From NCBI RefSeq assembly GCF_009914755.1, contig NC_060926.1: a stretch of 64,000 bases of DNA; one strand, written 5' to 3'. Made by a program: the position numbers and the translations under genes. Position 1 is the stretch's first letter. Every line of letters starts with the position of its first letter. The DNA is from the human T2T-CHM13v2.0 reference genome, Homo sapiens. This document shows positions 1-13,719 of this stretch, piece after piece. Under the pieces are notes generated by a model, which saw only the letters and a list, made by a program, of their open reading frames with translations, was not told the DNA's origin and did not search any database.

Positions 1-341
1 GGGGCAATTTTGTTAAGCAGGTTAACTGTGCAGTGATTACCAACTTATTTGAGTCCAGGGAGATTAAACACCCTTACACAACTAGTTATGTGAAGCAATT
101 TACAATTTACAGACAGGCAGCAAGGGATAGCAAAATCCAAGAATTTATTGTAGGTCTGTTCCCCCAAGGCTCAGGAAAGCTGCCTGGGGCTGATGGGGTC
201 TAGACTGCTTCATATATACTGCAGCTGAGGCACTCTGGATTGGACCCACCCTGGGTTTTATATCTTGGAGTCACATATCATGCTGAGCTAAAGTGTTGAA
301 GGAAATCTTGTTTCAAGAGGGTATGGCAGGACAATACTCCC

Positions 342-1363
<1,022 letters not shown>

Positions 1364-1539
1364 AGGGGATTGGAACAGAGCCTGTGCTGTGGTGGCCAAT
1401 ACTGCCCTATCTCAGGATGTTACATTCCCAGGATATTCTACAGTGATTCTTGAAAACTAAGAGTGAGAAAGGGGAGGAGACTGGGTTGGTCCAAAGCCAA
1501 CTGGAGACTGTGCTGCAAATACTGCAGTGGGATCACACT

Positions 1540-2075
1540 TCATTAGTCCTGTGGCTTGCTGATTTTGCTGAGCATAGTGCCTTCACTGTTCATCTATGTG
1601 GGAGCCTGTGTCAGAATTTCCTTCCTTTGGAAAGTTGAATAACATTCCATTGCATATATATTTATATGCCACATTTTGTTTATCCACCCTTCCCTGCATG
1701 AACATTTGAGTTGATTCCACCTTTTGGCTATTATGAACAATAATTCTCTGAATGTGGGTATATAAATATTTCTTCAAGTTAATGTTGTCAGTTATTTGGA
1801 TATATGTCCAATGGTGGAATTGCTGAATTATATAGTATTTCTATTTTTAATTTATTGAGGAATTGCAATGTAGTTTCTTATACTAGGTGACCATTTTACA
1901 TCCCCAAAACAGTGTCCACAAGATTTCCAATTTCTCCAAATTCTCATGAACAGTTTTCATTTTCTGTTGAGGGAAACCATCCTAATAGGTATAAGGTAGA
2001 TTTTGTTTTCATTGCCCTAAGAATTAGTGATGTGGAGCATCTTTTTCTGTGTTTATTGGCTCTTCATCAGTCTTT
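1540..2075 (-). mobile_element. Old L1M 3' fragment
   Basis: tgccacattttgtttatcc..., gatgtggagcatcttttt, typical antisense L1 3' sequence. Confidence 0.7.
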
Positions 2076-2077
2076 AC

Positions 2078-2631
2078 TGGAGACGGTTAATATTGAGTGT
2101 CAAGTTGATTGGATTGAAAGAGGCAAAGTATTGTTCCTGGGTGTGTCTGTGAAGGTGTTGCCAAAGGAGATTAACATTTGAGTCAGTGGTCTGGGAAAGG
2201 CAGACCCACCCTCAATCTGGGTGGGCACCATCTAATCAGCTGCCAGTGCAGCTAGGATAAAAGCAGAAAGCAGGCAGAGGAATGTGGAAGGACTAGGCTG
2301 GCTAAGTCTTCTGACCTTCATCTTTCTCCCGTGCTGGATGCTTCCTGCCCTCAAACATCAGACTCCAAGTTCTTCAGCTTTTGGACTCTTGGACTTACGC
2401 TGGTGGTTTGCCAGGGTATTGTCAGCCTTCAGCCACAAACTAAAGGCTGCACTGTCGGCTTCCTTACTTTTGAGGTTTTGAGACCCGAACTGGTTTCCTT
2501 TCTCCTCAGCTTGCAGACAACCTATTGTGGGACTTCACCTTGTGACTGTGTGAGTCAACATTCCTTAATAAACTCCCTTTCATTTATACATCTATCCTAT
2601 TAGTCCTTTCCCTCTAGAGAACCCTAATACA
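2078..2631 (+). mobile_element. MLT2A-type ERVL solo LTR
   Basis: ggttaatattgagtgtcaagttgattggattgaa...ctctagagaaccctaataca. Confidence 0.88.
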
Positions 2632-2909
2632 GGAATGGTCAGGAAGCAATTAATTTCCCTTTACTAATCTATTTTAGATTGTCTTTGTGCAATGAATTTT
2701 TTCTGGGTTAGTAAATTAAAGGAGCCTCTAAAACTAGCTACACATTGTGAAGTCCACATTAGAGGCAGTGGAATAAGTGTCCCCCAGCATTTAAAACCCA
2801 AAGATTTGAGGGCCCTGAATCTAAGATTTTTTCTAGCTCTCTTGCTTCATAAATATGCCCTCTGATTTTTAATTCTACCTTAGAGAAGGACAATTGTGGG
2901 GAAGATATT

Positions 2910-3725
<816 letters not shown>

Positions 3726-6652
3726 AAGGGGAAAAATGTCTTTTACGTCTCTGAGTGTGTGGTGTCCTCTGTTCTCCCAAACATTCCATGTTGTTATAAT
3801 CTGGTGCCAGTTTTGACAAGAGATGTAAACCATTTTCTATGAGAACTTGCACCGGGATTCTTCTTAGGTAGAAAATGTCTAGAGTAAACCCTTTGATTAG
3901 CTCTTTTCCAATGTGTGTTGGAGAGTTAAGGGATCAGGTCTCATAGCACCTGATAGAAAGAGGAGGGTTTGTTTGTTTGTGTGTTTGTTTTCATGTTTGG
4001 CAGGAAAGTTAGAACACAACCTGACAAGGAAAGACTTAGAGAGATTGGAACCTGAGAAGGAAGACTTAGAGAAACTGGAAGGGAAAGAGAAGATGTGAAC
4101 AGGGTCAGGGGAAAGCAAGATGTGTTCCTACTCCAAAATATAAAGCAAAGTCATTTACAATTTTTAAAGACTTCGAGAGAGTTATATTTTGAAGAGAAAA
4201 CCACAGAAGAGGCTAGTTTAAGATTAGGGCCAGCCTGGCATGAGACAGAGGCAGCAGGGAGCTGTGGATTCCACACTGTTTTTATGGTCCCTTCTTCCTA
4301 TTTATAGGCTTTGGGCTCAACCATGGGATGAAAGTGGCCACGTAGAAGGAACATACTAAAGCCAGACAGACCTGGGCTTCAATCCCAAGTCTGACCATGT
4401 GACTTTGGGCATTTGCTGACCATGTGACTTTCGGCAAACCAGTCATGAGCTCTCATAGCTGGTTCTCTCATATGTGAAATGGAGCACTTTGGAAGTCATG
4501 GGGTATTGTGAGAGTTTAACCAAATGATGCACCCTGAAGAGTGTATATGTGTGCCCATAAACACACACACACACACATTATACGCACATTTTATATACCC
4601 AGTTTTCTTTAAATGCACCCTTGAGTATCTTAGAAAAAGAGGCTATGGAAGATATTATTAACCATATGTCATTTACAAATCAAATTCTTTAATAGTTATT
4701 CTACAACTAACCTGTGACTCACTATAGGCAATGGGGTTTCATGTGCATTATTTCCACAATAAAAACTTCCACAAATCCATTCCTGTGTAGCACTAGAAAC
4801 ATAAACAAGATGACAAATGACTATAACACCTTTAAACCAGATTTCCCCTGAGCTCCATCTGTTTAGTGTACACTATTGGGTTCCAAAGGCCGTGGCTACA
4901 GGTCTGAGTTCTAAGTCCATTCTTCCCACACCCACAGCCTTCCCCCAGGTCTCATTCTGGCCTCCTGCATGCTGGGAATACAGACCCACCATCCTGCTAC
5001 TCTCCTGGGAATCCAGCACTAACTACCTGGAAGCTTTGCTTAGTAAACCCTCCAAATGCAACCTCTGACAGAGACCTGGCTGAGGCAGCCAGCAACTTCC
5101 CATAAGAAAACCACTGAGAAGGGAGGAAACTTGCAGAACCATGTTGGTGTTGAGGAGATGCACAGTATCACCAGGTTTTATCTTTTCAAACGGTTCCTGT
5201 CTCTTTCTTGACAACAATTCATGACCTTGGAAAAGGGAGGAATTAAGGAGAACAAAGGGATGTTTCATGCTTAGGATATAAAAGGAGAAATGGAGATAAT
5301 GAAAGAGCAGAATTGAGGAACTCTTTGGCATTGTTTGGGTTTCTCTTGCCATGGGCATAGCAGGACAAAGGTGCCAGGGAGAACATCACTTATCATGTTT
5401 CCTGCCCTTCATGCCTCAGACTCGTACAAGCACACACACTTCTGATAATATGTTTCTTCTTCTGAAGCACAGTCTGTGGCCCAGCCAGGATCTTTCTCTT
5501 AAGTGTCTTTTATAGATAAGTTGGAATAATTTTAGAAACAAGTCAAAGAAATAATAGTAATGGTTTAAGTAATGACAAGAAGTCTGAAGGTTGAAGCACT
5601 TAAGGTTGGTACAACAGCTTGGTGACAGCTGAAAGGCCCCAGATTGTTACTACATTTTTGCTTTGCACCTGCATCATCACTGGCTTTTCATTCTTGTTGT
5701 AAATGCCCCATGGTCTCAAGAGGATTGCAGCAGCTCTAAGCATCATATCCTCTCTTAACTGTTACAGGAAGAAATGCAAAGCAAAGCTCTTCACTTTCTG
5801 TCCTTTTCTGAGGTATAACCATTTTCCCATGATCCCTGCCCACTCCTCTGACATTATCATTTTGGAGCTGATCACATGTGCCCTTAATCCCTGCTCCCAT
5901 CCTGGGCTGGGAGAAACTCACCACCCTCACCATGTACGGCAAGACACAGTTGGTGCCCTATACACCAAAGGAAGAAGGGGATGACTGTTGCATAGTTGCC
6001 AAGAGCTTTGTCACATTTTAAATTTTGCTGTGCTTCTAAGTTAAGTTGTATAGGGAGGAGAATGTATGAACACTTTGATTTGATACAGCTAGAAGAAGCC
6101 AGGCTCTGAGGATGAAAACGAAATCAAATTTCTGATTTCTCATATGACATCTTTAGCTTTAAGAATTGTGTAAATGTGGCCTGTGCATTTAAGACCAGGA
6201 CAGGCTTTCAGTTATGGGAATAAATGAGGAGAGATTTGGAATAGGGTCCTCAACCCAGGACTAAGGTGAAGCTTGCACTACTTTAGACTGCTGGGCTCTG
6301 ACCCTGGGCTGTGGAGGAAGTAGCTGCTCTCTTGAGCCATGGGGCTGAGGACTTGGGAGGAACCAAATGTCCTGCCCACAGAGCTGCCTGGCAGGGTTTC
6401 AGGGAAGGAAACTGCTCATACTTCTATGGGCGCTGCACCAAGCATAGAGTCCACTGCCAGTGTGAAAGTCTCAGACACACGACCCTTAGGGCTGGGCCTG
6501 AGCTCCTGGAGCTGGCTGCTCTCAGCTCTGTCCTCACTGATTCTGCATGGCTGGGGCCCTGCTGGAGTCAAAGAGGGAGGAACAGCAAATGTCCCCAGAG
6601 TCTTTACTCAGCCAGGCTCTGTTCTGGTTAGAAAGAAAAAGAGCACATGCTA

Positions 6653-6830
6653 AATAAACAAACTTAAAATTACGTGCATAGGTATACATTTGCAATGTAA
6701 CCCTTACAAATTAAATATACATATAATATTTTAGATATAAGTAATAAACAAACATAAAATTACATGCATAGGTATATATTTGTAATGTAACCCTTACATA
6801 TTAAATATACATATAATATTTTAGATATAA
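6653..6830 (+). repeat. Tandem duplication, two copies of a 90-bp AT-rich unit
   Basis: aataaacaaac...ttttagatataa at 6653-6740 and 6743-6830. Confidence 0.92.
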
Positions 6831-8144
6831 ATTATATTTATACATTTGGATATACTGTGCATCTATATTAGGAATAAGTATAATATGCACACTTATATGT
6901 TAATAGATATAACTTTAATTGTCAGTGTAAGATATGATTTTTAAACTTTGATAAATTGAGCACAAACATTTAAAACCAGCAATGGTTGCACCACCCCATG
7001 GCCCCTTCATCACTACACAGCCTGAGGGTCAGGAAGCTCAGGACCAAACCTACATCCATTCTGGGCTGAGCAGTACCTCCCTGCCCATTGCTAAGGACAC
7101 TGACTGTCCTGACGGGGGTCTGGGGAATCACAGAGCAGCAGGTGCTGGGGAGATGGGCAGTGGGTCTAGACCCCAACTGGAGGGACTTTTGTCCCCAGAG
7201 CTCAGGGTGGGCAGGTCCTCCCCTGGTGGCCTTTGTGAGACAGAGTAGCACACATGGCCCAGTGGCTGTGTGGTAACAGGGAGAAACCACTCCAGGGACC
7301 ATTGGCAGCCTCCCCTCTGCCTGGATTCAGCCCACATCAGGTAGGGTTTGGGGATACAGCCAATGCGGTGGGGAGGAAAAGGCTGGGCTTCCAATCTCAG
7401 AGCACAGAGCACAGAGGGAGTTTCCCACAACTCAGTGCACTGGCAGCTCCTCCCATGTAATCTAGGTCATAAATGAGACCTCATTTTAGCCCTAAAATAT
7501 CCCTGTTGATTTTCCTAGTATTTCTAAGATCAGGCTTATTTCTGGTGTTTACTGTGGGGTTTGTCTGCCATCTAATGGCTGGTTGGTGACATAGCATCTT
7601 ATAGGATTTTAGATGCTGAGTCCCAGTCAATCTTGACGGTGAGTCTTTTCATGGGTAATGATGAAACAGATCCTATTACATCCATCAGTAGGCCAGATCC
7701 TATAAGGAACACAGAATGACACCTCTCCTTGATAAACCAGTCCCAAAGTTGAGGACAAAGGATATCCAGAAAAGATGTTGCTCACAAAACGATTAGGAAT
7801 TAGGTTCTGAAATCCATGTGAAATGCTGAAAATGTAGTTTTGGAAGAGAGAAAAAGGGGTGTGAGAGACCCTGCCGGGCATAATGGGCAGGGGCTGGAGA
7901 GGAAATCCAAGGTCCTCTTTTCTGGATCTGTCAGCCCAGGCTCATTCCCGTTATTCTGGAAACTCTTCCAGAGCAGATCTGAGGACCACAGTGGTTGCAC
8001 CAGCTGGAGAGCTTCTGAGGACTCCCAGTTTTCCAGACTAACAGCTGGTGAGATTTATGCTCTGAGCTATAACACAATGAGGGAACACTTGTCAACATTT
8101 AGAGCGGTTTTAAGCAAAATAATTTTCTAAGACAATAAAAATGT

Positions 8145-8280
8145 CTACATTTATGCTGTACAATAGGGTAGCCATTAGTAATATGTGGCTACTGAACACT
8201 TGAAATGTAGCTAGTGTAACTGAGAAAACATGTTTTTAATTTTTAATTCTAATTCACATTATTTGTGGCTGGGCACTGCA
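8145..8280. mobile_element. MER3-like hAT DNA transposon fragment
   Basis: ggtagccattagtaatatgtggctactgaacacttgaaatgtagctagtgtaactgag. Confidence 0.6.
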
Positions 8281-8288
8281 AGTGTTTA

Positions 8289-8759
8289 CCCTGTGAGAGG
8301 ATACAGTTTTAGACAATAATAATCAGCAATGTCATCAGGGTACCCAAGCTGCTGAAAGTTAAGGAAGTGTCTGCCCCAAGACCACCGTGCCAAGCTGGGG
8401 TGGACCATGGCCAATGTAGACAAAGCACATGGGTGGATCTTTGAAACATTCCCTGGATTCATCTGCTTCTAGGCTGGTGATGGAAACTCTCTCTCTGTCT
8501 TGGAGATACTGAGGGAGAAGCTGGAATCTGGGGCCCACAATGTTGCCACTGGAATCTGAGGTGGAAACAAAACACAAATCTTCCCCAGCGTTAATGATGT
8601 CTCACTCTACAGGCCTCCCAGAGACTCGTGTTGGCTGATCAAGTGGGAGATGAATGCTGGGCTTGCTGAGCGATGGTCTGTATCTCAGCACGGGACATAA
8701 GAACCCTGTCACATGGAGCTCCCATAGCTGAAGCCAGGACCCAAGGGCCAGAGCCTCAG
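8289..8759 (-). pseudogene. Degenerate V-kappa relic: leader-like exon 8759-8713, V exon 8555-8296, heptamer CACAGGG
   Basis: cag|AT TCC AGT GGC AAC ATT GTG (DSSGNIV); GAG AGA GTT TCC ATC ACC; GAT GAC ATT GCT GAT TAT TAT TGT (DDIADYYC); CCT CT then CACAGGG; octamer-like ATGCAAAA at 8874-8881. Confidence 0.72.
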
Positions 8760-11166
8760 GTCCAGTGCTTCCTCTGCCTCAGGTGATCCCACCCTAAAGG
8801 CAGCAACCAACCCACTGATAAGGGCTTGAGTGGCAGGGAGGGGCTTTGTGGAGCCTGCAGACTTACAACAGGGATGCAAAACTGAACTTCCAGCTTCTGA
8901 GCCAGGGAACATTTCATGTTATGGGTGTGACCCAGGTCAAGGTGTTTGATGAAAGATATTAGTATAAATTTTCTCCTGAAAGGAATAAAATCACAGAAGA
9001 CATCTTATTATTATGGTACTGGTTGGCGTTTTCAATGCACAATGGTTTATCTGAAATCTCCCAGTCCCTGCCCTTCTCGTGATGATCCTATGGTCTTTGC
9101 TGTTCCTATGGTCACTTGGCTGCCTCCTCACCGTTCAGAAGCATCTCCAGTATGACCCCGAGACCTTCCCTGGTCCGCACAAATAAATGGTCTCGACCTC
9201 CAGATACCACATGCCACTGCCTGAATTTTATACAATTTATCAGCTATTGAAATGATTCTTTTCACTTTCACTGTGTAGGTATTGTTCTCTGAATGGCTCA
9301 TTTCCCTACTGAATATCAGTACTTGGGATCAAAATTGTCTTATTTACTCAAATGCTCCTAACCCTCACATGATGGCTTTGAATTGTTCCTGAAAACTCTG
9401 ATATTATGTTAAAATCCATTAAATGCAAAAATATGTTTATTTTGTATTGAAGAAGATATCATGGCTTCCCCTCAGCTAAAGACAATTAACTACTTTTATA
9501 GTTGAAAAAGATCCACTGGACATGAAAAAAACACATATATAGGAGTAACAAGCATCATCTTGAAATTAGATAAACTCGATTTGCATGTAAGATGTACAGT
9601 AGGCAGAAGAAAGGCCCTCACAGTGGGAGGGGCTTGATGGAGAGGGTCAGGGTGTCTGTCCCTGGAAGGTGGGGGAGGGTGTGATGAGTGACCTCAGGCA
9701 AGCATCCAATATCAGGACCAGACATGACTATGAGTAATTCCTTTTTCCATGGGTTTTGATACAAGAGGAAAGTCCTGGTGGGGAAGCTTTGGGAATAGTC
9801 ATAGCATGAGTGGAATACGGGTTGGAAACAGCATGTTTCTAAACACATACAAACAGCTCACAGACATTCAAACAAAAGTATCTCACAAAATGTTACCTCT
9901 TCCTCACCTTTTCTTGCCATTTGGGTTTAACCAATCATGGCACACAATTTGAGTTTCTCTACATGAGGGTCTGCAACTTGAAACTACCCTGTGAAAGAAC
10001 TGGTGACTGTCTGCCTGATACCATAATGTAGAAATACAATTTCTTGTAGTAGATCATTGCACTTTGGTGTAAAATATATGTGATAAAAAATGTATTGAAA
10101 ACCGATATAACTTTTTGTGACCAAATACGGTGAAAGTCACTCACAAAAATATCACCAAATCTGATATGTCTGTTTTCTCAATGACTACATTGTATGCCAA
10201 AAATTATTTTTGAATGAGTGACTTAATGTGCACAGGAAACAAAGTAAAACAAATAAGCTGAGTTGCTCTTGGTATTAAAAAATTCTAGGAGCAGGATACT
10301 GGTCCTATAATCAAGAATGGTGAAATTTTTTTTTAAAATAAGAAAATTCAAACTGCAGTTTGGATTTTGGAGGTGGATGAAAGAGGACATAAACAATACC
10401 TCTGATACACAGAAAAGAATATTTACTCTCAGGGTGGAGGGTTGCCCCCCTGTATTTCATATGTCAGGGCAAGATATAACATAAAATGCCCATTGAGTTT
10501 TCCACCTCATCTGAGCTCCCAGACTATTTTCTCTGACATGTTAGTGCCTTGGTACACTCAACTTTTGGTGAAGTTATTCTTATTAGGGAATCGAGGATTC
10601 TTAATTTCAACTTCCTTGGGCCTGGAATCTTGTCCTGCTCCCTAGACTGGCAACAAAGGGCTCTGGATCCTTCTGGTTTTTTATTCCAGGTAAATGTTCT
10701 TTTTGGAAAAGTCTCCTTTTCAAAATTCCAAGAGAAATGTCTATAGTTACATTTTCCGTGGACCAGTTTTCAGAAATCGCAACCCAAATATTCAGCATTT
10801 CCTGAATTCTCAGTTGAATGCCGCACTGGTGAAAGTGAACCTTAACGTTAATCTGACTTAACAAACATCATGCTTCAGGGGGCTGCTTTGGAAATAGAAT
10901 TAATTTGTCACACCCGTGAACCCACAATAACTGAAACCTCAATCCATGGGATCTTCTGTCACTATAGCTCTAGGCCATCACCTGCTTGTTTCCTAATCTT
11001 TACCCTTTTAAACTCTTTTGCCATAAATGAGAAACTGTAGCTCTGAAGAGAAATCTAAAGTTTTTACCAACTTGTAAAAGATAGTTTATGGAAAGAAAAG
11101 GGAGAGGTGACCTTCAACAACTGTCCATGTATTTTGAAAGTAAATATGGGTAAAGACGAAAGTATG

Positions 11167-12572
11167 TCATTATGGTCTTAATTTGCATTTTCCTGATAAT
11201 TAGTGATGTGGAGCATTTTTCTATGTATTTGTTGGCTGTTTGTATATCTTCTTTTGAGAATTGTCTGTTCATATTCTTTGCCCACTTTTTGGTGGGATTA
11301 TTTGTTTTTTTCTTACTGATTTGTTTGAGTTCCTCATAGATTATGGTTATTCCTTCAACAGATGCACAGTTTGTGAATATTTTCTCCCACTTTGTGGGTT
11401 GTCTGTTTGCTATGTAGAAGCTTTTTAGCTTAGTTAGGTTCCATTTATTTATTTTTTGTTTTTGTGGCATTTCCTTTTGGGGTCTTAGTCATGAATTCTT
11501 TCACTAAGCCAAGGTCTAGAGGAGTTTTTCCAATGTTATCTTCTAGAATTTATATGGTTTCAGTTCTTAGATTTAAGCCTTTGATTCATCTTGAGCTGAT
11601 TTTCGTATAAGGTGAGATATGAAGATCCAGTTTTATTCTTCTACCTGTGGCTTGCCAGTTTTTCCAGTACCAATTATTGAATAGGGTGTCCTTTCCCCAC
11701 TGTTTGTTATTGTATGCTTTGTTGAAGATCAGTTGGTTATAAGCATTTGGGTTTATTTCTGTGTTCTCTATTGTGTTCCATTGATCTATGTGCCTATTTT
11801 TATACTAGAACCATGCTGTTTTGGTAACCATAGCCTTGAAATACCACCTTACTCATGCAAGAATGGCCATAATTAAAATGTCAAAAAATAATAGATATTG
11901 GCGTGGATGTGGTGAAGAGGGAACACTTTTACACAGCTGGTGGGAATGTAAACTAGTACAACCACTATGAAAAACAGTATGGAGATTCCTTAAAGAACTA
12001 AAAGTAGAAATACCATTCAGTCCAGCAATCCCAGTACTTATTTTTCTTATCTACCCAAAGAAAAAAAAAGTTATTATAGGAAAAAGAAACATGCACATGC
12101 ATGTTTATTCCAGCACATTTCTCCATTTCAAAAATATGGAACCACCATAAGTGCCAATCAAGCAACGAGTGGATAAAGAAAACGTGGTGTATATACACCA
12201 CGAAATACTTCTCAGCCATAAAACAGAACAGAACAAAATAATGAACTTTGCAGCAACATGGATGAAGCTGGAGGCTATTATTCTAAATGAAGTAACTCAG
12301 GAATGGAAAACCTATATGTTTTCATCTATAAGTGGGAGCTAAGCTATGAGGATGCAAAGGCGTAAGAATGATATAATGGACTTTGGGGACTGGGGAGGAA
12401 GGATAGAAGGGGAGGTGAAGGCTAGAAGACAACATATTGGGCACAGTATGCACTGCTCAGGTAACAGGTCCACCAAAATCTCAGACATCACCACTAAAGA
12501 ACTTATCCATGTAACTAAAAACCACCTATACCCCCAAAAACTATTGAAATAAATAAAATAATTCATTTTTAA
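11167..12572. mobile_element. L1 (L1PB-like) with 5' inversion: minus 11167-~11838, plus ~11839-12572
   Basis: ORF2 C-terminal peptides on both strands; TSD AAAGA(C/T)GAAAGTATG at 11152-11166 and 12573-12587. Confidence 0.88.
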
Positions 12573-12725
12573 AAAGATGAAAGTATGCAGCAGTGACTCT
12601 AGTTTCCTCTCTGCTGGGTGAGCCAGACTTCATTGTATTGGTTAACTCATTGCCTCCAAAGCACCTGTAACAATCAGAAGTATTCTAGGGTATCACCCAG
12701 TTTCTCTGTTCAGCCAGGCTGAACT

Positions 12726-12753
12726 AGTTTTTGTTCTGGGTTGTAACACAGTG
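12726..12753 (-). other. 12-RSS of IGKV6-21 (CACTGTG-12-ACAAAAACT)
   Basis: Heptamer 12753-12747 (non-canonical), spacer TTACAACCCAGA, nonamer 12734-12726. Confidence 0.95.
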
Positions 12754-13307
12754 TGAGGTAAACTACTACTCTGATGACAGTAATACGTTGCAGCATCTTC
12801 AGCTTCCAGGCTATTGATGGTGAGGGTGAAATCTGTCCCAGATCCACTGCCACTGAACCTCGAGGGGACCCCTGAGAAGGACTGGGAAGCATACTTGATG
12901 AGGAGCTTTGGAGACTGATCTGGTTTCTGCTGGTACCAGTGTAAGCTACTACCAATGCTCTGACTGGCCCGGCAGGTGATGGTGACTTTCTCCTTTGGAG
13001 TCACAGACTGAAAGTCTGGAGACTGAGTCAGCACAATTTCACCCCTGGAGGCTGAAAATATACAGCAAACATCAGTACAACATAAATATCTGTGTATGAA
13101 AATCACCTTTAATCTTGCTAGACATGAAGAAAGAATATGCATTACATTTTTAAAATTAGGATTTTAAAATCAAGCCAAAAATCACCTATTGCAGAGTCCC
13201 CAATGAAAGAAATTACAGATTGAAAGAATATCTCCGCCTAGGTTTGTGGAAATATTCTCACCTGGAACCCAGAGCAGCAGAAACCCAATGAGTTGTGATG
13301 GCAACAT
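12754..13307 (-). CDS. IGKV6-21: Ig kappa V gene segment, subgroup 6: leader exon 13307-13262, intron, V exon 13051-12754
   Basis: Leader [19 protein letters not shown] intron, V region [62 protein letters not shown]...[10 protein letters not shown] with both Cys and the Trp; followed by a 12-RSS. Proximal copy inferred from the neighbouring genes. Confidence 0.95.
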
Positions 13308-13412
13308 CTTCCTGCCTTGACTTGTCAGTTTTGCTCATGCCACATCCCAGAGAAAGAACCTCTTTTAAGATACCGAGAGGCAGGGCCTCTTCACATATAG
13401 GAGGAACGATAC

Positions 13413-13585
13413 ATGCAAATTATGGGGATGTCCTGCTGGTTTAAATAAACAGAAATCACTGTTGCCAGGAGAGCGCCCTCCCGGCCCCTTCCATGAGGGG
13501 TGTGAAGCGCCCTCTGCTGGCACCTGCAGACGAGCTCCGCTGAGGCTCTGGCAGGGCTTGACCAAGACCCCAGGGCACAGCTGCA
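13413..13585 (-). promoter_or_regulatory. IGKV6-21 promoter: decamer/octamer, CTCF-like motif, pentadecamer
   Basis: TAATTTGCAT at 13422-13413; CCAGCAGAGGGCGC at 13520-13507; TGCAGCTGTGCCCTG at 13585-13571. Confidence 0.85.
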
Positions 13586-13719
13586 GAGTGAAGGCAGAGT
13601 CCATCGCCATCTCTGGGAGAGTCTGCAGTTATCTGGGGTGAATAACAGCTCACATCCTCAGTCTCGTCCCAGGGCTATGTTAACTCTCCTGCTCTCTGTC
13701 ACAATGTAGGCTGAAAAAG

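Noticed and set aside
6970-7460. Cluster of overlapping ORFs in GC-rich DNA
   Set aside because: No recognisable domain or V motifs; ORF overlap is expected at this GC content
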